A stretch of DNA of 64,000 nt, taken from NCBI RefSeq assembly GCF_009914755.1, contig NC_060928.1. One strand, 5' to 3'. Shown piece by piece: positions 54,459 through 64,000 of this stretch. The notes under the pieces are model-generated. The model made no database searches. It worked only from the letters and a program-made list of their open reading frames with translations, and was not told where the DNA came from. The DNA comes from the human T2T-CHM13v2.0 reference genome, Homo sapiens. Position numbers and translations under genes: made by a program. Numbering within the stretch: position 1 is the stretch's first letter; every line of letters begins with the position of its first letter.

Positions 54459-56984
54459 AGAATTCTCCTTCACTTGCAGACTGAATATGGAAATATGTTT
54501 GTTTTGTACCATGTTCTTACATAAACTGGTAGAAAACTTGTAGTGCCCATTGTTGAGGCAGATTAAATGGAAGTAATTCATAATATTATTTTGGTTTGTT
54601 TTTATTCAGGTGGTAGATTTCAGAATACCTTTTATGAGTTTTGATCAATTCAAGCTTCTAATTCATGAAATTACATTTCCCAAGAAATTTATGCATTTTT
54701 CTAGTCATTTGCATTTATCTAACTCTAGATGTACAAAATATGCTTCTAGAATGTTTGTATTCTAAATATATATTTTAGTCTTTTTCTGTGTTTCTCATTT
54801 TGTTCCTCAGTTCTTTTTCATTTGTGATCATATGTTCTAGAGGTTTATTGATCCATTCTTCTTTTTCTTGTATATTTGGTTTTATTTATTTTATTCTTGT
54901 GGGTTTTTGGAAATAATTTTGTGTTTTTTAAAGTTATTTTTGTTTTCTAATAAAATTATTCTATTTTGTTTTGATTTCTAGTGCATGCTCTTAAGGCTAA
55001 AATTTTCCCTCTATTTACTATTTTGAGCGCATCACACAATTTTTTACATATAATGATATGTTGTCATTTAATCCTCAATAATTTTTAATTTTTATTGTTT
55101 ATTCTTCAAAGAGTTATCTAGGTGTATGCATTTTTAAACATGCCAGTAGACTATTTACTTGAACATATATGTTCTTTAAGTACTGACTCATATTACATAG
55201 ATTGTGGCTTGAAAACACTTACTTCAATTTTTGGATGGGATTTTCTTTGTGGCCTACTACACTATCATATTCTGTGAATGTTCAATGTTCATTTGAAAGT
55301 AATAGATTATTTCTGTTAATTACAGTCATATGTGTATATCTCTATAGATATATTATATATGATCATGTTTGAAAATTTTCTTATCCAAAACCTTGCATCC
55401 TTGCTTGTGTTTTACTAAGCCATCTGTTGTTTTCTGAGAGTTGTGATACTGAGAAATTGTGATTTTTGTCAATTTCTTATTAAATTTCTATCAGGTTTGT
55501 TCCATATGTAAAATCTATGATGAGTTTTGCATAATATTTATGTTTCAGATTCTAGCCCCAATTGTACCATCAACTTTTGAGCTCAAAACTAAATCAAGAG
55601 TTTATTTCCTCAATGTCCCTTAGCAATAAAACAACAGGTGAAACCAGATGACTTCTAAGGGTCCCGCCAAATCTATCATTCTTTGACTTTAATTTATAAT
55701 GAATTTAAGGCACCTTTGAGAACCATTTTTTCACAATAATTTTTTTCTCTATTACTGTAAAAATTAAGGAAATGCATGAAACCTAAGGATCAAAATATTG
55801 TTCCTTGTGGTGAGGAAACTTTCCTTTCCCACCTGAACTGAACTTAAATACCAGCATAGAAGGAAAGCTTGTAGAATTGGCATCTTCTCTCTGTGAGACT
55901 GGGTTCAGGTCTCCAGAAACTGCATGAGATATATCACCCGTTACAGTAAGAATTAGTCTTCCCCAAAAGACACTGGAATTGAATTTTTCACCTTCCCAAT
56001 ACATTATTAATATTTTTCATAGCATTACAGTCTTGAACATATAATTTTAAATGATTTCATAGTATTACTTTATATGACTGTACTATCTTGAAATTAACTA
56101 ATACCCATTGTTATATCTTTGCATTGTTACAAATATTTTCTACATCAACATAACTAAATCGAACTTTCATGGTTTTTTATCCCAGGTAAAACTAAAAAGG
56201 TTCTGGAACAATTTTTTACAATTATTAGCAATCATCCTGTAGCAATCTATTTTTATGCCAGCTGTTGCTCTTAATTTAATTGCTTTAACCAGAGCAACCT
56301 AATAAGCAGCTCATTGATAGAAATACGATTATCATAGAATGCTTAGCAATTCTTAAAGTTGTCTTGTGGGATCGATTTAATTTCTGCAAGTAGAAAGCTT
56401 CAACCATGTCACGACCTTCTCATGTGTGCGTTTGTTGCTAGAAACATGATGAAGTTTAGTAATTTGTCTTCAAAAGACATGAAATCAACATAAATAGACT
56501 ATTTTTGGTATACTGTACTGTTTATGTACAATGACAACTAAAGAGTATGAATATTTCAGAACTTAGATTTATTTTAAAACCTCATACAATATATTTCAAG
56601 ATTTAACATGTTTAGCAAAAAAAGTGAAGAAAATATCTACTTAGACTAAAAGAAAGTATTGCAAAAAAACCAACAAGAAAAACCTAATAAAAGTTGGGAA
56701 CATAGGCCCAGCCCTATGAACTATGTTTTAACAACCAAAAGCACATCAGAAAACAAAAAAAAAATTTAAAATGTTTGTTGTTCTGAGTATTTCTAAAACA
56801 TTATATCTCATTTATTCAGTAAATCACCTTTGTGATTTCATGATTATTCTCGCTATTTTGATAAACATTTTTTGAGAGTAACACAAATATACTTGACAAA
56901 AGCAAATGTGATTGACCATTCAAACTGCCTAAATGCTGAATTATTTTATGGTCAACCTGATTATCTTAGGAAATTAACTATTTA

Positions 56985-57218
56985 CCCATTTCTCATTTGT
57001 CCTGAGAATACTCTGTCTCTAATCCTATATCACATACATTTCTGTTACATTAGGATTAGAGACCAGTTTTGTTTTTAGAGAACTCCAAGAACAGTTTTTA
57101 TGTCTTATTTTCACATTGAAAATCAGTCACGTTTTCTTCAGCCTCAAAGAGCATGTTTATGTAAAATTAAATAAGTGCTGGCAGTGAGTTCCACTTTTTT
57201 TTCTAAACAGAAAATGGG
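56985..57218 (+). mobile_element. MER75B (piggyBac-like non-autonomous DNA transposon)
   Basis: Termini cccatttctcattt / aaacagaaaatggg; degenerate TTAA sites (ttta / ttca); internal aactccaagaacagtttttat...cagcctcaaagagcatgtttatgtaaaattaaat. Confidence 0.85.
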
Positions 57219-57409
57219 TTCATAAGACAAATACTTTCTTGTAATCAATACTACATTTAAAAATAAAAGCTATACTTTTCGGTCTGACACCTCATGTTAA
57301 ATTTAATAATAAAATACAAATTAGAGGTAAAGATAAAGTGTGTAAAAATATCTTTAGCTTTCCAGGGGATTCTGTTTTAACATCGCAAGCAGAAACATTC
57401 ACGTGTCTC

Positions 57410-58563
57410 TTAGACCTAAAACCATAAAAACCCTAGAAGAAAACCTAGGCATTACCATTCAGGACATAGGCATGGACAAGGACTTCATGTCTAAAACACC
57501 AAAAGCAATGGCAACAAAAGCCAAAATTGACAAATGGGATCTAATTAAACTAAAGAGCTTCTGCACAGCAAAAGAAACTACCATCAGAGTGAACGGGCAA
57601 CCTACAAAATGGGAGAAAATTTTCGCAACCTACTCATCTGACAAAGGGCTAATATCCAGAATCTACAATGAACCCAAACAAATTTACAAAAAAAAAAAAA
57701 AACAAACAACCCCATCAAAAAGTGGGCAAAGGATATGAACAGACACTTCTCAAAAGAAGACATTTATGCAGCCAAAAAACACATGAAAAAATGCTCACCA
57801 TCCCTGGCCATCAGAAAAATGCAAATCAAAACCACAATGAGATACCATCTCACACCAGTTAGAATGGCAATCATTAAAAAGTCAGGAAACAACAGGTGCT
57901 GGAGAGGATGTGGAGAAATAGGAACACTTTTACACTATTGGTGGGACTGTAAACTAGTTCAACCATTGTGGAAGACAGTGTGGCGATTCCTCAGGGATCT
58001 AGAACTAGAAATACCATTTGACCCAGCCATTCCATCACTGGGTATATACCCAAAGGACTATAAATCATGCTGCTATAAAGACACATGCACACGTATGTTT
58101 ATTGCGGCATTATTCACAATAGGAAAGACTTGGAACCAACCCAAATGTGCAACAATGATAGACTGGATTAAGAAAATGTGGCACATATACACCATGGAAT
58201 ACTATGCAGCCATAAAAAGTGATGAGTTCATGTCCTTTGTAGGGACGTGGATGAAATTGGAAATCATCATTCTCAGTAAACTATCGCAAGGACAAAAAAC
58301 CAAACACTGCATGTTCTCACTCATAGGTGGTAATTGAACAATGAGAACACATGGACACAGGAAGGGGAACATCACACTCTGGGGACTGTTGTGGGGTTGG
58401 GGGAGGGGGGAGGGATAGCATTAGGAGGTATACCTAATGCTAAATAACGAGTTAATGGGTGCAGTACACCAGCATGGCACATGTATACATATGTAACTAA
58501 CCTGCACATTGTGCACATGTACCCTAAAACTTAAAGTATAATAATAATAAAATAAAATAAAAA
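57410..58563 (+). mobile_element. Young primate L1PA (pre-Ta, L1PA2-4-like), 5'-truncated, ~1.15 kb
   Basis: ORFs 57403-57738 and 57735-58337 are L1 ORF2 C-terminus (...[26 protein letters not shown]...MFSLIGGN), split by a frameshift at an A-run. The 3' UTR has GAG rather than the Ta ACA. Poly(A)-like tail. Confidence 0.95.
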
Positions 58564-58583
58564 TTCTACAGTCACTTTGAAAA

Positions 58584-58584
<1 letters not shown>

Positions 58585-58632
<48 letters not shown>
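58585..58632. repeat. (CA)24 microsatellite
   Basis: Perfect dinucleotide run seen directly. Confidence 0.97.
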
Positions 58633-58633
<1 letters not shown>

Positions 58634-58643
58634 CTTCTATCAT

Positions 58644-58941
58644 GGCCGGGCACGGTGGCTCAAGCTTGTAATCCCAACACTTTGAGAGGGTGAGGTGGGT
58701 GGATAACGAGGTCAGGAGTTGAAGACCAGCCTGGCCAACATGGTGAAACCCCATCTCTACTAAAAATACAAAAAAAAAAAAAAAAAATTAGCCAGGCATG
58801 GTGGCGGGCGCCTGTAATCCCAGCTACTCGGGGGGCTGAGGCAGAGAATTGCTTGAACCCGGGAGGCGGAGGTCACAGTGAGCTGTAATCATGCCACTGC
58901 ACTCTAGAAGACTGTCTCAAAAAAAAATAAAAATAAAAAAA
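58644..58941 (+). mobile_element. AluS (Sg-like), small 3' internal deletion; TSD agcttc(t/a)atcat
   Basis: ggccgggcacggtggctca...ggataacgaggtcaggag...; matching flanks at ~58632 and ~58941. Confidence 0.92.
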
Positions 58942-59487
58942 GCTTCAATCATTTGTTGCTATGTTTATTCTGGAGAAATTTCCTTTACATATTGAATATT
59001 CCATGAACTTACCACATTTTGTAGGTATAGTTCAAAATTATCTAGAATATCACTAACTGGCTATATGCTATGTCAACAATAGCAACAACATCAAAATTTC
59101 ATCAAAGACCTGAATTTTCCATTTTAAGTCCAGAGAGGTAAAGCTGCCTTGAAATTTCAGAAAAAAATCATGACTCATTGGTGGTTGCCCTTTCTTCTTT
59201 CTTTTCATCATACTTTTTCAATTATGACTCTGCTCTTGCAATTTAAATTTTTAAACCCTTTTTTAAAATTCAACTCATTACAGACCGGCTTAAATCCTTA
59301 CCACTTTACTAAAAATAGTAGCCTAGGTTTCACATTGTTTCCCACTGTCTATAAGCTACTTTATCTTTCTGCAGCACTTGACACAACAAAACCTACTCAT
59401 TCTTGGCTTACATAAAACCAATCCATTCTGTTCCTTCTCAGCTCCTACTGAATCCTTCGCTCTCTCTTTTTCTGGCTTGTCAACTTG

Positions 59488-59770
59488 TTCTTTTTTTTTT
59501 TTTTTTTGCCTTGAGACAGAGTCTTCCTCTGCCACCCAGGCTGGAGTGCAGTGTTGCGATCTTGGCTCACTGCAACCTCTGTCTCCCAGGTCCAAGCGAT
59601 TCTTGGATTACAGACATGCATCACCATGCCTGGCTAATTTTTGTATTTTTAGAAGGGATGGGGTTTCGCCATGTTGGCCAGGCTGGTCTTGAACTCCTGG
59701 CCTTAAGTGATCTGCCTGACTGGGCCTCCTAAAGTGCTAGGAGTACAGGCGTGAGCCACCACGCCCAGCC
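59488..59770 (-). mobile_element. AluS with small internal deletion
   Basis: Antisense Alu; tcaactt on both flanks. Confidence 0.9.
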
Positions 59771-59989
59771 TTCAACTTAATCTTAAATGCTAATATTTCT
59801 TAGATTTCTAAGGTAGACTATTATTTTTTTTCTCTATGTAGATTTACATTCATTTCTTATTGGATCTTAGATATATTCACTGCTTTTATGTTTCTTCACC
59901 TGAATAACAAATGTGACCTACATAGCCTATATCAAACTGAAATCGTTGTTTTATTTTGAATCTTTTCTTCAGTATTTTTCCTGAATAAA

Positions 59990-62005
59990 TATCTTTGAAG
60001 AGCTTTAAAGTTAACAGAAAAACTGAGCAGAAAGTACAGAAAGTTTTCATATATTCCCTCCCCAATACTCACCAATTTCCCCTATTGACATTTTTCATCA
60101 GTGTGGTACATTTGTTACAATTGATGGGCTGATATTGATGTATTACTATTAACTAAAGTCCCTAGTTTACATTGGGATTCATTCTTTGTGTTGTACCTTT
60201 TGCGGGTTTTGAAAAATGTATAATAACATGTATCTGCCATTACAGTATCATATGAGATAATTTCACACCCTCAAAATGCCCTGAGGTATATCTATTCATC
60301 CCTCCTTCCCTCCTCTAAAAACCCTGGCAACCACTGATCTTTTTTACTGTTGTCATAGTTTTGCCTTTTCGGAACATCACATAAGTGGAATCATACAGTC
60401 TGCAGTCTTTTCAGGTTGGCTTCTTTCATAGCAATATGCATTTAAGATTCTTTCAAGTTTTCTGTAGCTTAATAATTCATTTTCCTGTCTTGCAGAATAA
60501 TATTCAATTGTCTTCATATACCACAATTCATATATCCATTCACCTATTCAAGGACTTCTTGGTTGCTTCCAGGTTTTAGCAATTATGAATAAAGCTGCTA
60601 TAAATATTTCAGTGCAGGCTTTTAATGTGGACATTACTTTTCAACTCATTTGGGTAAATATCAGAGTGTGATTGCTTGATCACATAGTAAAAATATGTTT
60701 GGCTTAGTAAGGAACTGCCAAACTATCTTCCAAAGTGGCTATACCGGTTTACATTCCCGCAAGCCATAAACGAGAGTTGCTGTTGCTACACAACCTCACC
60801 AGCATTTGCTGTCATTGGTGTTTTATATTTTAGTCATTCTGAAAGATGTGTAGTGGTATTCCATTGTTCTTTTTATTTGCAATTCCCTAATGACATACGA
60901 CATGGACCATCACTTCATATGCTTATATGTAATCCATATATATTCTTGGTGAGGTGTCTATTCAGATCTCTTTTGCCCATTTTTTTGGGTTGTTTCTCCT
61001 TTTATTGTTGAATTTAAAGGATTTTGTGTATATTTTAGATAGTTCTCTGTTATCAGATATGTGTTTGGTCAATATTTTCTTCCAGTCTCTGGCTTGTCTT
61101 TTCATTCTCTTAACAGTGTTTTGGCAGGGCAGAAGTTTTAAAATTTCAATGAAATTCAACTTATCAATTTTTTTTTCATGGACCATGCTTTCAATGTTAT
61201 ATGTAAGAATTCATTGCCAAACCCAAGATCCTTCTAGGTATTAAATTAAGTTTAGTTGAAAGCTACCTTCTTACATATTTTAAGTGCAGCCGAAGATCTC
61301 TGTGTACATAGAAAGTATAACCTAACTGGATGTGTAAACAGACTGTAACCTTCTCTTGTACCAATCACCAAGCTTCGGTCAGTCAGTGGCAGTCAACTGT
61401 TCAAACCATGTTAAATAAGGCAAATGCTGTGCTAGAACTAATCTGGTTATTTCTGTACCTCACTTCCATTTTCTGTGCCTTCCTTTCCTTTTTCTGTCTG
61501 TAAATCTTCTTTGACAACATGGCAGTGCTAGTCTACCTCATCCCATTTTGGTTTGGAGGCTGCCCGATTTTCCAATCATTCTTTGCTCAGTTAAACTCTG
61601 TTAACTTTAATTTGTCAAAAATTTTCCTTTAACATAAGAGTTTTATAGTTTTGCATTTTACCTTTAGGTCTACAATTCATTTTCAGTTCATTTTTTGTGA
61701 AAAGTATAAAATCTGTCACTTTTTTACATATGGATGTCCAGTTGTTCCAGCGTCATTGACTGCAAAGACTATCTCTTCTGCATTCAATTGCCCTTGCTCC
61801 ATTGTAAAAGACCAGTTAACTATATTTGTGTGGTCAATTTCTTAGTTATCTATTTGTACCATTGATCTATTTGCCTATTCTTTCACCAACACCACACTGT
61901 AATTATTACTGAAGCTTTAGAGTAAGTTTTGAAGTCTGACAATGTCAGCCTTCATTATTTTTGGCTATTACTTTGGCTATTCTTGGTCTGTTGCCCTTCA
62001 ATGTT
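59990..62005 (-). mobile_element. L1MC-type 3' end (3' UTR plus ORF2 remnant), interrupted by MER57 LTR
   Basis: acagaaaaactgagcagaaagtacaga...gtggtacatttgttacaattgatg; minus-strand ORF KIDKLNFIEILK...KRMKRQARDWKKI...NNPKKWAKE. Confidence 0.88.
61239..61634 (+). mobile_element. MER57-family ERV1 solo LTR
   Basis: ttaaattaagtttag...aactggatgtgtaaacagactgtaacc...aaataaggcaaatgc...ttctgtacctcacttcc...ctttaaca; 4-bp TSD tagg/taag. Confidence 0.8.
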
Positions 62006-62384
62006 TTTTTCTAACAATGACATCAAAGTACCTCCATTCTTAATTTTCTCCTCTTTGTCTTCACCCACCAACATTGACATCACGCTCTTGTGAACCCAAT
62101 CATCTCTTCTGAAATTGTATAAAATCTGCTCTCTTACATGTCATCACACTGTCTTCATTCAAACCCGTACCTTTTACCTGTAATAAGTCATCCTTCGTGC
62201 TACTCTTGGTATCAGTCTCTTCCCTTTGTAGTTTACCTCTGCTACCTTCAAAGATGTCATATATTTACAAATTGAGGTAATGTTTGCCTCAATTAGCAAA
62301 ATTAAATAAAATTCAGATACTATGAAATATTTAATGAGTTTTAATAAATACATACTTAATCTAGTCATGATCTATTCAAATGAA

Positions 62385-62965
62385 TAGATTCGTTTGGCTT
62401 TTCTTTAACTTCATATAAGTGAATTCACACAGTACATACTCTTTTATGACCAGCTTTTTGCTCAGCATAATATTTCTGAAATTTATTCATGTTGTCCCAT
62501 TTTAAAGTAGGTTACTCATTTTTATTACTAAGTAGTATTCCACTGTATGCATATGTCACAATATGTTTGTCTACTCTGCCATTAATGGACATTTGGATTG
62601 AATACAATTTTTGGCTATTATACTACTGTAAAATAATACTAGTGTAAAATTCTTGTGCAATTTAAATATATATTTTTAAATATATATATTTAAATATATA
62701 TAATAAATGTGTGTGTGTATATATATATATATACACATTTCTCTTGAGTTAATAAGTAGGAATAAAATTCCTGGGTCATAGGGTAAGTTTATTTGTTTAA
62801 CACTATAAAAAAAGCTGCTGAACACTTTCCTAATGTGATGTACATTTTACACTCCCACAAGTGTTTGAGTGCACCAGTGACTCCCATATTCTTGTCAACT
62901 TTTCATGTCATTAGTCCTTTTAGTTTTTGAAATCTGGTGGGTGTTTAATGGTATTTCGTTGTTGC
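62385..62965 (-). mobile_element. Old L1M 3' fragment
   Basis: ttcatataagtgaattcacacagta...ctcagcataatatttctgaaattt...aattcctgggtcatagggta...tacattttacactcccac. Confidence 0.7.
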
Positions 62966-63502
62966 TGTCAGAATGACAATTTAAAAATTAAACGAGTCCA
63001 TACCGTCTCTTCTTTCAACACCTCTGGTGAGTTGGTAGCTTCCTGCTGCTTTAAAAAAGAAAGTCCCTCTCCTCAACATCACAAAAGGATCTTTCACAGT
63101 GCTCCTAGAACATATCGTGTCATGGGATTATACTTCCAGTCCCATCTTTGTCTATTTTCTTACTCTTATTCTTCTGTTCTTAATGCAAGGATTAAGCATT
63201 CCTTGAATATTCGGTGCCTTCTCCTATCTCTGTGCTTTGTTGTATGCTGATTCCTCCCTATTGGAGGCCACTTGTTTTCTACTCTCTGGGAAAATAATTT
63301 TTCTTCGACCAGCTCAGATGCCCCCTTTCTCTGGAAACTTCCTCTATTTCTCTATGCAATGCTAGTAGATACTTCTTCTCCATGTTCCCAGGAAATACTG
63401 TATGTTGTTCCCATGTTTCTATTTTAGCCTTTATACTTTATTTTAATTAATTTTTCATGCCAATATCTTCACCGGATGACAGCAATGTCCCTAAAACCAA
63501 AG

Positions 63503-64000
63503 TGTCAGAGGCGTGTGAACCAGAGCAACTCCATCTTTAATAGGGGCTGGGTAAAATGAGGCTGAAACCTACTGGGCAGCATTCCCAGACGATTAGGCAT
63601 TCTGGGTCACAGGATGATGTAGGAGGTCAGCACAAAATACAGGTCATAAAGAACTTGCTGATAAAATAGATTGCAGTAAAGAAGCTGCCGAAAACCCACC
63701 AAAACCAACATGGCCAAGAAAGTGACCTCTGGTCGTCCTTGTTGCTATACTCCCACTAGGGCCCTGGCAGTTTACAAATGTCATGGCAACATCAGGAAGT
63801 TACCCTATATAGTCTAAAAAGGGGTGGCATGAATAATCCACCCATTGTTTAGCATATCATCAAGAAATAGCCATAAAAATATGCAACCAGCAGCCTTCGG
63901 GGATGCTCTGTCTATGGAGGAGACATTCTTTTATTCCTCTACTTTCTTAATAAACTTGCTTTCACTTTACTCTATGGAATCACCCTCAATTCTTGCATGA
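63503..64000 (+). mobile_element. MER41A ERV1 LTR (runs off window end)
   Basis: tgtcagaggcgtgtgaaccagagcaactccatc...catggcaacatcaggaagttacccta...aataaacttgctttcac; lacks the MER41B GAS-containing segment. Confidence 0.88.

Noticed and set aside
57735-58337. 200-aa ORF as a host gene
   Set aside because: It is the C-terminus of L1 ORF2 in a 5'-truncated, frameshifted L1PA with no promoter.

Overview
This is AT-rich primate genomic DNA, very probably human, containing the 5' end of SPOCK3 (testican-3; human locus 4q32.3, from recall) on the minus strand. The only supportable protein-coding sequence is a 189-nt exon at 29300-29488 encoding MLKVSAVLCVCAAAWCSQSLAAAAAVAAAGGRSDGGNFLDDKQWLTTISQYDKEVGQWNKFRD. 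It starts exactly at the ATG after a ...cccag acceptor and ends at a GTAAGT donor. A likely non-coding first exon (donor at 29765) and a TATA-less CpG-island promoter lie just upstream. Bases 1-29299 are the start of the long following intron, and bases above ~30000 are upstream intergenic DNA. The rest is a retro-/DNA-transposon mosaic (Alu J/S/Y, L1PA/PB/M, L2, MIR, THE1, MLT1, MST, MER57, MER41A, MER2, MADE1, MER75B) plus micro/minisatellites. Apart from ORFs overlapping the SPOCK3 exon, the ORF track reflects repeats or chance. I found no evidence of a new multi-gene biological system. The most unusual things seen are: a 62-bp locally templated insertion inside an AluJ; a stop-free, in-frame 276-nt first intron whose removal creates the Kozak context; a diverged ~170-bp duplicated element in the proximal intron; a twin-priming L1 inversion; and inverted Alu pairs in the pre-mRNA. 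Repeat subfamily calls are from memory of consensus sequences and their boundaries are approximate.
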